A stretch of 64,000 nt of DNA. It comes from Vicugna vicugna. Its lineage: Eukaryota. The DNA lies in NCBI GenBank assembly GCA_013265495.1, contig MU058065.1:2953003-3017002 (forward strand), in the 5' to 3' direction. The notes under the pieces were generated by a model. The model saw nothing but the letters and a program-made list of their open reading frames with translations. It did not search any database and had not been told where the DNA came from. Positions 13,613 to 25,393 of this stretch are shown here, piece after piece; the first letter of the stretch is position 1, and every line of letters starts with the position of its first letter. The position numbers were made by a program, and so were the translations under genes.

Positions 13613-15399
13613 TGATCTATCACACATGTAATTTTTGTATATATTTTCTTATTGACGTATATAATTTCAGATGCAAAGGATGTGATGATTGAAACTGTAA
13701 AACCTAAGCTCTTATGACACCTCTAGGTGAGTTTGCGGGTGGATATAACTCAAAAAGCAATTTTATGTTTCACTTCAAGTAATATTTCCATGCCACAATG
13801 TTAGTCAAGAGTACAGTTGATACAGTAAAGTGCCTTTTACTTGTGGGGCATAGCAGGACAGCATAAAAGTGCAATATGGATTGTTTTTTGGAACGAAAGC
13901 AACCACAGCACAAAGGACTCATTTATTTTATAGCCAAGTTCAGAACAGGCACATTATATTTATGGGAACTCAAGTGTGTATGGGAGAGAGAGAGACAGAG
14001 ACAGAGAGAGAGTCCTCGAAGCCCTTACCCTATTTTAAGTCTCCTTTGGACTGTGCTACCCAGGGACAGGGAGGCCATGACCAAAGCACTTTGAGAAACC
14101 ACAGAAGTTTAAATTTTAAGAGCAATCAAAGGGCTTTCAAGGCTAAATTTGCCTTATACTCTGATTTTAGAGCCTAATCCCTGAAGTAAAATCAGATCCA
14201 CTTCCTATTGAAAATATGCGTCTCAGTAATAAAATATAAACATCTGATATTCAGGTGCCAGGTCTAGATTTTTCCCTGATTTTTGTCTTTATTTTAATAA
14301 TATTATTTGATTTATCTGAAGAGCAAAATTATACTTTGTATTTTTAGCTGAAATACAGTAATACCTTTAGGTGATTTTCAGCTGTCAAAGTCTGAATATT
14401 TAATCATTATTAACACAAAACAATGCCATTCATTAAGTTACAAGGAAAGGGACAAAATAACTTGACTTTATCAGTGGTTCTTGGTACAGCATTGTTTCTC
14501 TGGACTGCAACATCTGCCCTTGAGCAGCCTAAAGCCATCCTCTTTTCCATGTTGAAGATGACCCCCTTATTTATTTGTGATTTTGCAGGATGATGTATGC
14601 CTCTTCATAGACCAAGAAACATATTATCTTTAATGATGCTTTTTATTATGATGGAAGCCCACAAGGTGATTAAGAAACTTGTAGTATTACCCACTCTCCA
14701 CCAGAAAAGCTGTTTTCTGCGTTATCCACTCACTTACTTAACGGTAGGTTGAATCACAACCAATATAGGTAAAGTACACCTTAACCATTTTCTCAACACC
14801 CAGAAATTGAACATAATCAGGTATGGTAACATCCTGACTTTATTATGATATTATGACATTTTCAACATTAAAAAAAGCACAATTATATAAAAACCATACA
14901 CCCAATCAATTTTCAAGGACATAGAAAAATTGAGTTCCTGAATAAAAATCACTTTGGAGAAATACAAAATTCAGGTCAATTCTAGACAAAAGGTCACCCT
15001 CGTATGCTTGGTGCTTTTTTATATAACCTGAAGAGAAAAATCATGGGAAAGCAGAGATTTGGCAGCAAAATATTTGTGTTCTGCTGTCTGCAGTGGGAAA
15101 GAGAAAGTCATGTTATTTTTACTTTCCTGAATCAGCCCTGTAACACGGCTTCTCCAGGCAACTTCTCCAGGCTGGCTTGATACTGCTCTGGGTGTTTTTG
15201 ATGGAGATCCATCACAAATCTGGGAAGACATCAGCTCCTACAGAAACACACATAGAACGGAGCTCCACCAGCCCATACTACCAAAGGGAATAAAAGTTGA
15301 TTTGCAACCTAAACTAAGTAGCAATTAATGGCTCGTAAAAAAGAATGCAGGCTCTGAGTATTTCCAACTCCTGGCATTACCCACACTACAATTTGCTTC

Positions 15400-16140
15400 G
15401 CACAGTCAATCTTCCCAGAAGAGTCAGTTTATAGTGAGTGATTTATTCCTCAGTAGTCTTTTATACCATGATATCTCCACCCCACCACTCTACAAGTTCT
15501 ACATTTTGCAGATACTAATCACCTACAAATCATCAAAAGGAAGCTTCCTTCCCCTCCATCTCTCCGTGGTTGACCTTCTCCTCCTTCTGGAAAAACTCAG
15601 CTTGCTCGGCTCCTGGGCATTCTGCCATCCTGATTTTACTCTGTGGACTGCTTCTGCTCTTTCTGCCTTTCCTCCTCCAACCCCCAAGAAGTATCTGGTC
15701 CCAGAAGAACTGCCCTTTGCCCTCCTCTCCATTCCCACTATCCTGGGCTATTTCAGCCATGCTCAGGGTTTCGAGTCCATGTAGTCCTGTGCATGGCTCC
15801 CAACTCTGTCTCTAGCTCCAGTTTCTCTCAGAAGTTCTCATACTGATTTTCCGAATGCTTTTTGGGTAGTATGTCAACATCTCCAACTCAAAATGCACAA
15901 CACGATAGAACCTTTCCAGGATTTACTGCCCATTTCTATTATTTGCACTTCCACCATCTCGATTACACAGGCACAAACCATTAGAGTCATCTTTCATCCC
16001 GCCCTCTTCTTCCTTCTCTAACATTTTGAATTTTGAATCTTGTCAATTTCATCTCCTCTGTACTTCTAGCTTCTATGTCTCCATTTCGCCTGACGTGGCC
16101 CCAGTCCAAGCACTTCTCACCTGTCACCAGGATTTCTGGT
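15400..16140 (+). mobile_element. L2 LINE fragments
   Basis: ttgaccttctcctccttctggaaaaactc, catctccaactcaaaatg, agagtcatctttcatcccgccctc. Confidence 0.6.
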
Positions 16141-16439
16141 TTTTGTTTTTACCTCCTTCTTCTATCTTCTTCAGTTTTTCTTACAGAATGGGAAATATTC
16201 TAAATGCCATGATGGTAGACACTGGGTGTTTTCATAGAGCCAGTGTCTAACTCACTCAGTCCTAAATATTATATTACTTTTTATGTAAGCACAGCTCTGC
16301 TTACATGATCTTTTCCTGTTTTGACATTTCTCTGGTCCTCAGCATTTCCCTGATTAACGAAGTACTTTTTGGTGTAAGTAATGATCATGTTGATGGAAAG
16401 AGGTTTCAGAGAGGGTCTGAGATGTAAGGTAAAGGAGAG

Positions 16440-16985
16440 AAGTCTTACCTGTGTTTCTGACACCTGTGAAATATAAGTTGGGGGACAGGTTTATGAGGAA
16501 AGGTAATGAGTTTGAGTTTTGATGCCAGGAATTAGAAGTGCTTATGGGACCTGAGGTGAATATAGCCACAGGCATTGGTGACCAAGAGAGAAGACTAGGC
16601 TAAAGCTGAATGATTGGGACTTGAAGACAGATAGACACGTAGAGCAGGCTATGAGTTGTATTAACTCTGCCAGACAGATTGCTGGGTTCAAATCCTAGTC
16701 CTGCTGCTAACTAACTGTGTGAACCTGGTCAATGTTCTCAATCTCTCTACGCCTCACTTCCCTCATCTTTAGAATGGGCTTAAAATTCCCTGTATCTTAA
16801 CTTGTCATGAGAATTAAGTATCATGGGAATAATGTCTGGCACTTGATGAGCGCTAGGTAGGTGGTGATTATAATTATTTACATAATAGTTGAAGATTTGA
16901 GGGTGAATGAGATCACCCAAAGAGAAAACGTACCATATAAAGCAAAGAACATGATGAGAGAAAGTCCTGAGGAATTCCAGCCCAA
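16440..16985 (-). mobile_element. L2 fragment interrupted by a + strand MIR (~16632-16880)
   Basis: gaaaggtaatgagtttgagttttg...gaatgagatcacccaaagaga flank gccagacagattgctgggttcaaatcctag...cctcacttccctcatcttta. Confidence 0.65.
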
Positions 16986-17834
16986 ACTAGGCACTAACTA
17001 CAGAAATAATAATAATATATGATTCTGGCTTGCACAAGGTGTATAATCCTACGGGAAAGAGCATAACTTTTGCTGTAATTAAGACATGAGGACAGTGTGA
17101 TGGAGTATAAAAAGGAGACAATTGGGGGGAAAAAAACAGAATCTCTCTATTCAAGCACGCTTTCCAGGTCTTTGGCAGAAGTTCTAAGTGAAAAAGGAAG
17201 CTCAAGATGAGACAGAAATTGTTCCTTCCATATCAAGGCTAAGAATATACAAACAAGGGTCAGTTAAGTGTCTATTGGTTTCTGCATCATCTGGAACCCC
17301 AACCTAGAGCTGAAACTCCAGAGTTTACGTTTAAGGATCATTGCCTGGAACCTAGAGACATAAGTCCTGGGAGGTTTCTGCACAGGGGAGGCAGCCTGTG
17401 ACCCACTATGGCACTGGAGCTAAGCCAAAACATGCAAAAAAGTTAAAATAAAATAAAACCGAAAGCCAAAATCCTAAGCTGTGTGCAAGACAATTACATC
17501 CAACCCTGTTTGAATATTTTCCTCCTCCTATTTATAGCTTCTTCCCTTTTATTAAAGCTTCCAGTAACGTTACATTGCACGGCTTTGGGGGAATGTGTTT
17601 ACTTCTGCCTGCTCTGATACATCCTTCCACAAAGGGCAGTAAGTTCCTGGGTTTGACCAGGAAAAAAGAAGCAACTTCCCAGCAGGGTTCATGGAGTCAG
17701 TAAATAGAGGCAGTTCCAGTGAGTCAGTGCTACTCAGGGAAGCTCAAAGTGAGAGGCTGAAGGGAGAAGACCATCCAGGTCTTTTGTTTTCACTAAGCCA
17801 TCGCAGAGACCTCCATGGCCATATCCACCATGGG

Positions 17835-17995
17835 ATAAGCACCAACTGTCAGGAGACCTGGGTTGTAACCCTAGCTCTGCTCCTGTGTCCCTCTATGACT
17901 TTGAACACGTCACTTAACTGCTGTGAGACTTAATTTCCCCACCACTAAACAGAGTGGATGGGTTAGATAATCTAGGAGGCATCTTCCAGCATTCC
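17835..17995 (+). mobile_element. MIR3-like SINE
   Basis: gtcaggagacctgggttgtaaccctagctctg...tagataatctaggaggcatcttccagc. Confidence 0.6.
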
Positions 17996-18019
17996 TTGTC
18001 TCTCTAATACACTCGTACT

Positions 18020-18470
18020 CTATATTAATCTGATGGGTGAGGTTATGCTGCAGTAGCAAAAAAAAAAAAGTCTCAGTATTTCCCAAAACTTAGATTCTTA
18101 TTGCTTTCTGTAAAGCCAGTTGCAGGTTTGGGCAACTCTCCTGAGCAATTGCCTTCTATGTAGTAACTCACTCTTCCAGGCTACACAGGCTTCACCTACA
18201 TTCGTACCATCTGGAACACATGGTTTCACTGATAACATGCAGGTAAAGAGGGTGACTAGAGAATCATACATGGCTTTTCACTGACTCAGCTCACATGTGA
18301 CAAACCTCGCTTCCACTCAGTTTACCTCAGCCAGAATGAGTCACCTCCCAGCCTGATTCCTGGTGTTAGGGGGGGAGGGGCAGGAGAAGAGGTTGAGATG
18401 TGGAAATTTCCATGTTTTCAGAAGAGGAGAAGAATTGATAATATTGATGAATGCTAGTGACGTCTACATA
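18020..18470 (-). mobile_element. Old MLT1 (J/K-like) LTR
   Basis: aggttatgctgcagtagcaaa start and ttccactcagttt...gccagaatgagtcac motif. Confidence 0.5.
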
Positions 18471-19277
18471 CGGCCCCCACTGAAGATAAAAAGATTAGTA
18501 ATCTTATAAGACATTTTTATTCTTCCAGCTGCTTCATAAGCAGTTCTGACAGTGTTTTGAGGTCAGGAGAGAAGATATTACTATCTCCATTTTACCAATG
18601 AGGAAACGCGCTCAGAAAGGTTTTGAAACATATGAATGTCACAGAGTTGCCTAATGTCTGGGACGGGACTATATTCTGAGTCTCTGTGCTTCCTAATGAT
18701 TTAAAGAACACCAGAGTGTATATCAAAAGACCTGTAGTGGAATCCTGATCATTCATTACATTGACCTGCAACTTCCTTGAGCCTTCAACTTTCGTATGTA
18801 CATTAGAGCTCAGAGTTTCCTTGGGACGATTAAATAAGATAATAGAGCAAAGCAAATATTAAGTGAACAATACAATTTGTCCATTAAATGACACCATGGG
18901 ATCGACAAACTGTTTAAAGACACAAGCTATATATTCTTACATTCAGAAGACCCTGCACCCAGAAATACTCAACTAATGTTATAAATTAAACAGAAGCAGA
19001 GGTATTTTTATTGGAATTCATCAATATGGAGACTATGACTTCTCTGGGGGTTGGGCAGGTGTTACATTTTTCCCAGTACCTACTAAAGTACCTAGAAGGG
19101 AGGAAAAGCTTAAAGCACAAGATTATAAAAACTAGATGAAGTCTACACTAGACATGTAATAAGAGCTTAATTAGTATTATGCATTGTGGTTACTCGGGTT
19201 TTTTAGTTGTTGTTGTTTTTCCTTTTGTGTCATGGAAGGAAGTGAGAGGGGAAATCAGAGGGAGGTTGGAAAAGAAA

Positions 19278-19638
19278 TGTTATGGACTGAATATTTATGT
19301 CCTCCCAACCCACATTCATATGTTAAATCTAATTCCCAGTGTGGTGGAATTTGGAGATGGAGCCTTTGAAGGTCATTAGATCACTAGGGTAGAGCCTTCT
19401 TGAATGAGATCAGTGCTTCTAGGAGAAGAGGCCAGACAGCTAGCTCGCTCCCCTTCTGCCACGTGAGGACGCAATTAGAAGTCAGCCATCTGCAAACTGG
19501 AGAAGGGTCCTGGCAGAGCCCAAGCATGCTGGCACCTGACCTGGGACTGCCAACCTCCAGAACTGTGAGAAATCAGTCTCTGCTGTCTCTAAGCCACCCA
19601 GTCTATGGTACTTCTTTATAGCAGTGGGAACTAAGACA
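19278..19638 (+). mobile_element. MLT1A-type MaLR solo LTR
   Basis: tgttatggactgaat...cctccagaactgtgagaaat...ctaagaca; near-TSD AGAAA/AGAGA. Confidence 0.88.
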
Positions 19639-19856
19639 AGAGAGAACATTCATTCACCATCTCAGAACAGGGGATTCTAAACCATTAAGGACAGGAAAAG
19701 GCATAGCTATTAATGTACAGGAATCTTTGATCATGTTTCTTAGCATAAAAAAATGCAAGGTAAGAAAGTAAATTCCTACAGCTCAGAGAGCAAAACCGTG
19801 CCCCATATTGAACAGGGCACAGGGACTGCAAGGAGAAGAAAGACAGAGTTGTGCGG

Positions 19857-19878
19857 GTGTGTGTGTGTGTGTGTGTGT
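19857..19878. repeat. (GT)n microsatellite
   Basis: Direct observation. Confidence 0.9.
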
Positions 19879-22279
19879 TTTCTCCCTTTTTGCCCTCCTC
19901 CACATCATGAATGGAGGCTGCTGTGGGCTCAAAGCTTGTCATCTTAGTCAAGGACCAAATCCCAACTTTATAAAGTCGCCGTAATGATTCAGTGCTGTGT
20001 GGCCGTGGGCTCCTTCAAACAAGTGACCTTGGCTGGTTATCTCCATGGTAACAGCTCACATCCCAAACTGTTCCTTCCTGTGTGGGAGGAAACATTTCAG
20101 AAATGGGGAAAAGCAGAAATGAACAGTGGTTTTTCTCTCTTATGACCCTTCTCCTTTGGCAAATTGTGTCCTTTCCCTGAATGTTGCAGTCTCCCAAGGA
20201 AACCGTGCACAGAAGAGGTGGTTTCAGCCACTTCATTTGCGGATGTATGCCCAGGACACATTTTAAAAAGTAGAAACCTGAAGCTGCTTTTCCTTTAGTT
20301 TCTCTTAATTTCTATGCAGCACTCAGTACTTCTCAGGATGCTTCACCATTCTTTTTGTTAGCAGCTCCCCAAAGAGGAAGACCACCATATCTTCCTCACT
20401 TTGAAACAGAGAGCCTGCAGGTCAGAGAGGATGAGGACCTCCCTCAGAGCTCCGGAGCAATGCAGCATCCTCTACTGAACCTTCATTTCCACCCCATCTT
20501 CCTGTGGTCCCACCCCTGCCTGAGCCACCACCCTGGTCAATCAGCTGCCATGTCTCCCTCCAGCCCTAGACTCCGCCCCCTGTCACATGACCCCTGATGC
20601 TCCCTGTGATTTCCTCCAGCTGGGTGTCTAGTTTCTGGGTGAGACAATTAAGCAAATGTATGCTCAAAACCTAGAGTATTCGCTGTGTTGTCAGCTCAAT
20701 GTTCTGTCCATTCCGCAATGTCTGGAATCAGAGCAGTTTTTCACAGGATGATAAATGACCCTTCTTCAGCTGAGCCCTGAAAGTGCATGCCTGACCACAA
20801 ACCCCTCCAACTGCTTCTCTCAAATGTACCATGGGGTCTCCTTTCCAACCAGAATCTCAGGCCAAGAGCACTCACTCCTTGGCCCAACTTCATCCTTTCC
20901 CGGTAGTTTTGATCCCATGATTCTGCCCGTGAAAGAAATCTTTTTCTCTGCAGCATCCCTGCCGGACTTTGACGTACAAAGGTGTAATTAGAACAGCATG
21001 GAGCAAGCAGGACAATCCATTTACCTCATCCTTAACATTTAAGTGCTTTAAAATATGGTTCTAATATCCTAGGTGCACAGGGCCAAATTCCCTTCTCAGT
21101 TTCTCACATGCATGAGTAAATCCACACAGGCTAAACCCCTTGGGCCTTAGGTTCTGCTTAGAAGTTTTTTGTTTTGTTTTTTTTTTAAGAAAATAAATAT
21201 TCCATTAAAACGACATAGTGTACTCTGCATATTTTTAGGACAATTAGAGTTTAGAATTCCCTCTTCTTCCGCCCATGGTAAAAGTTTTTCCTTAACTATT
21301 TACTCACCAAGAATGACATTAATCTGGGATAAACTGAAGGTTTTCCTTGTCTTCTAAAATAATCTCCTCATCTGACATTGTCAAAGTGCCAACCGGTAGA
21401 GTGAGACCCTGGATCTGCTTTGGGAAGAATCCAGGCCCTCGTGTACCTCTGCCAGATAAACCCTTCAGGGAGACAATTATTTGTGAACCTAATCAAATAT
21501 TTACTTCAAACAGAAAAGCCAAACTCACAGGAAACAAAGAAACAGAAAAGGTCACTCTCTACCGTCTGCTTAATTCAAAATGGGTCATCGGTGTGGGTAA
21601 TTTTTCTTTAGTGCTTCTGCCCGTGTAAATAAAATCCAAAAGGAGACAGACTGGCTGTGCTCAGTCTGCAGGCCAGAGCTACAGCAAGACCAAGGGGAGG
21701 AGCCTAGACAGTCAGTCTTCACGTGGGGGTGATGGGGACAGTCCCACAGGGAGGGCCACCCTCAACTCGTGGCCTGTGTGCTTGGATATGTTCATGAGTT
21801 TGTATAGACAGAAATCTCCCTCCCCACTATGTACAAGTGTCTATGAGTGTATATACAACATGTATATACAGAAGCTCCCTGTCCATTTGTCTGTGCAGCT
21901 GCAGCCACGTGTGGTTATTATCTGCCTAGCCAACGTGTAAATCAAATGTTTCCTTGCAACCAAATTTGGAGCAACATCTTTGTAATAATTGCTATATCAC
22001 TGCATATTCAAGTTCAAGGACCCCCATGGCCACTAAATTTAAAAAGAGAAGTGGTTGTAAGACCGATCAGCAGTTTGTTTTTATTCATTGCAAATCATAG
22101 CAAAGAAAGGAAAAGCCCAGCCCTGCTCACTCCATGATTCAGGCAGAAAAAAGATGTGCCCTCGTACGAGTCTGACTTGGAAGATGGCCCAGTTCAGAGA
22201 TGGCTTGGAAAATGTGTCTGGGATGTCTTAGAAATCAGGAATTATAGTGAAGAATCAAAGAAAGAACTCGTAACTTCCT

Positions 22280-24287
22280 AGGGCAAATGTGTTTGTTTAT
22301 TTAAATTAAAAATATTGTGAAAATTACAAACTGTTAAATACAGACCATTTTATACAACTTAATAGAATAAGAAGGAAGTATATACATCACTTTTTAATAG
22401 GCGCAGATCGACTTGCACCAAACTTCAGGATTAAGCAATGGAAAATGTGACAGCGCACATGTCCGTCGCAGCAAAGTTTCAGAATTCAAGTGATTCCAGG
22501 CAAGGGGCCAAACTCAGCTTGGCTTCTTTCACCTTAAACAGCCCCCTTTGGAGTAAATCCACACTCTGAATTTTAAAGTGAACCGAGGGCCCTTTTTCCC
22601 CCAAAACATAAATTTCCTCTAAGGCGAACCGATAAACCAGCTCCTACACTGTTAACCCTTCCATGGGAACAGTAGTTATTGCTGTCTCCAATCCAGGGAG
22701 AGCGTGTTTTAAAAAAAAAAAAAAAGTTTTTATGTTTTTACTAGAATTAAATTTGACCTTTTGGTGTGTTTTTCTTTCTCCTTGTCTTCAGGGGCCTAAA
22801 GAGTCTGCTACAAAGCGACTGACCACAGGAATACATGGAGACATTAGCAAGCATTCCTGAGCTATTTCTCTTACATGTCTTTTTCCCTTAACTGGCGGGT
22901 TAATAGTCCACCACCCAGAGAACTTTGCAGCGTGAAATGTGGTATCTGCCTTTTTGGTTCACTGCTGGGAAAATGACAGCAGGGGTGGGCAGGGGATTCG
23001 CCTTGGATTTCCCCTTTACATGTGTTCTGAGCCTCCAACTGCTCCTTTAAATAAGCAGAGCCTTTTGCAGACTTGCTGGCCAAGGGGGAAATATTTTGTC
23101 CAAGCTTCCTCACACCAGGCCATGCAGGATTTATCACAGAGTCTTAAAATCTACAGACATCCTCCCAGCCCCTTGGGGATCCAGATCATCAGGAGTCTCA
23201 GGAAAGCGGTAAGCCTTTGGATGGCATGCCCAGGACCACACAGCGAAGCAGAGCTGGGACTCGGGTTCAAGAAACACAGAACTTGGACCCTGGCTCTGCG
23301 CAGTCTCACCGGAGCATGCCCTTCTAAGTCTCAGCTACGTGACGAAATTCCATGTCGTCAAGGCCCACATTATGTCCTCTCCCAGCTCAGAAAACTAGGC
23401 TGGGAAAAAAAGCAGCAGCAGGGCTAACGGTTTGGCTTTGTTCAACCCCACCCCCGCCCCTTCGGGAAAGATCGGGAAGATTCCCTGCATGGCCATTCGA
23501 AGTGCAGGTTAGATTCTTAGGGAAACCCCTCCAAGCACACACACACACACAAAAGGCATGCCAGCATGTGATGCTGGATGCCCCCAGATCAGAGTTCAAG
23601 GCCACAGGTTAGACAAAGGGTCAAAATAGCAGATTGCGTCTTAGAATCCCAGCCAATGCTAATAGGTTTTAAAGTTGCATTTTTTTTCTTACAGTATGCA
23701 AATAGACCAGGTTCAGATCTCCAGCTTTCTCCCATCAGAAGTCCTCCATCAAATATCCCCCCTCTAACCCAAAAGACGTGTAAGAGAAGCTCTGTAACCC
23801 GCGGTGAGCTAATGCCACAGGTTCACGTTAGAGGTACTTACAGCCAATCAGATCTAGCAGAACAAAGCTCTAGGCAAATTAGCAAATCGAAACTAGTCCC
23901 TCGGCATGCCCTCGGCACTTGGCAGCCCCGGGAGTGGGCAGCCGCTTCGGGAGCTACCCAGGGCATCCAGTGAGAAAACAACCACCGGCACATCGACCTG
24001 CCGGATTCTGAACAGGAACCCCGACCCCCAGGCTCCCCCAAGGAAAGGTACACACTGCACGTCTTCGGGGCTTTTTCGGTGGCAGGTCCACGCCACAGTC
24101 CACACCTCATGGACTCGGGCTGCTGCTCCCGTTTAGCCGTGTCCCCCACCGTCCCCCATTCAGGGGCTTGCCGAGGGTCTCTGGAAAGTGGCAGCTGCAC
24201 TGCAAAAGTGAAACCAGACACGGAAAGTGTCCTTCCTCTCTCTAAGGGTGCTGGCTGATGGGGCCACCTCCAGAGGTCAGAGGGGTG
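22280..24287 (-). other. KCNE4: KCNE4 3' UTR (~2.0 kb)
   Basis: Repeat-poor stretch from the stop codon to an AU-rich end with a canonical poly(A) signal. Confidence 0.7.
22296..22301 (-). terminator. Polyadenylation signal AATAAA (KCNE4)
   Basis: TTTATT on + strand; four UGUA motifs within ~90 nt upstream and a U/GU-rich tract GTTCTTTCTTTGATTCTT ~25-45 nt downstream on the minus strand. Confidence 0.7.
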
Positions 24288-24806
24288 CTAGGAATTCTGA
24301 TGCAGGTTCTCCGAGGACCCCTCGCTGCTTTCGTTGAGGGGGGTCTCCGAAGCCTCCTCCAGCTCGTCATCCGCCCCCTCCTCCTGGATGGTGAGGTGCA
24401 CGTCGGGCGAGGAGGACTCGGAGCTCACGCTGTCCCCTTCCATGGAGCAGAGCGTGCAGGACAGGGCCGGCGCCACGCTCTCCTGCAGCACGTTGAGCAC
24501 CGCGGGCACCTGCACCGACCTCAGGCCCGACACCACGGGCAGCGGCTTCATGGCCTCCCCCCAGAGCCTCTCCTCGTCCTTGTACAGCAGCAGGAGGCTG
24601 GATTTCTTCTCCTGCCTTTTGGATTTCATGTAGCCCAGCATGATTCCAATCAAGAAAATGCCGTAAAAGGACATGACGACCAGAACGTAGAAGTACTCGT
24701 TGCCGTTGGCGTGGCGGCTGGCGCTGCCGGGCACATGGGACTCGAGGGGACCGCTGGGGGCTGCCGTGCTGGCGTGCGTGCTGTTCAGAGGTTCCATTCT
24801 CAGCAT
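24288..24806 (-). CDS. KCNE4: Potassium voltage-gated channel subfamily E member 4 (MiRP3), 172 aa, single coding exon
   Basis: Translation [11 protein letters not shown]...[57 protein letters not shown]...ENLHQNS matches the KCNE4 sequence I recall: NST sequon, one TM segment (aa 38-58), tetraleucine (aa 71-74), acidic tail. ATG at 24806, TAG at 24288-24290. Of the 37 extra codons in the ORF-track call (to 24917), 8 are exon-2 5' UTR and the rest intronic. Confidence 0.98.
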   Translation of the reverse strand: MLRMEPLNSTHASTAAPSGPLESHVPGSASRHANGNEYFYVLVVMSFYGIFLIGIMLGYMKSKRQEKKSSLLLLYKDEERLWGEAMKPLPVVSGLRSVQVPAVLNVLQESVAPALSCTLCSMEGDSVSSESSSPDVHLTIQEEGADDELEEASETPLNESSEGSSENLHQNS

Positions 24807-25040
24807 TGAAGCTCTGCTCACACGACGGGATCTGGGGAGAAACGTGCAGGTTAGAACTCTTCCGGGGGCCACCGTCCCGGGGGGAAGGCGAGCACCGAGT
24901 TCTCGGAACTGCAACATCCAAGAAGCTTGTAACCGCGTGGAGATACAGTCGTAAGAGGTTCCAGCAAACAGCTAAGGGGGGTTAGCCCTGAGGGGCCGGA
25001 GTGCAGCGGGGAGCGGGCAAGGGGAGGAGGGAGGGGAGTG
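24300..25040. promoter_or_regulatory. CpG-island-like GC-rich region over KCNE4 exon 2 and intron 3' part
   Basis: Visibly dense CpG and high GC compared with CpG-depleted flanks; not computed. Confidence 0.7.
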
Positions 25041-25393
25041 AGGAGGGCTTTTATTTTGTCGTCTGTCCATGCCCATTATATTTTCATTTCATAAAGTCAG
25101 CCTATAAAAAGCTTTTGTAATTTTAAAAGGAAAAGGGAAAAAAATCACTATAGGACAAAGGCACATAGAGAAGGTGAATATCATTTTAATCACTAGGAAA
25201 CTTTTTTTAATCGAGCAGAAAAAGAAAAGAAAGTTTACATTTTGCTTCTCAAACGTAAACTTATTTTTAATTCAAACTAACATTGCCTTAGGGAGGGGGA
25301 AAAAAAGGAAAAGAAAAGAAAATCGCATCTACACATTGCTAGAAATATCCTTCTTTCAAATGTGTCTGAAGAAAAGCAGCACTGCTCACTTAC
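24832..25393 (-). other. KCNE4: KCNE4 intron 1 (562 bp, GT-AG)
   Basis: Minus-strand donor CCTTG|GTAAGT at 25394/25393; acceptor TTCTAAC(branch)CTGCACGTTTCTCCCCAG|ATCC at 24832/24831, 25 nt before the ATG. Fits the known two-exon KCNE4 structure. Confidence 0.88.

Noticed and set aside
22939..24221. Several 120-160 aa ORFs in the KCNE4 3' UTR region
   Set aside because: Mostly non-ATG starts, no recognisable homology or splice context.
24258..24809. 183-aa antisense ORF over KCNE4
   Set aside because: Mirror of a GC3-rich CDS with no recognisable domain; expected by-product.
24807..24917. 37-codon N-terminal extension of KCNE4 in the ORF track (209 aa)
   Set aside because: Starts at a TTG and crosses the splice acceptor at 24832 into intron; only possible with intron retention.
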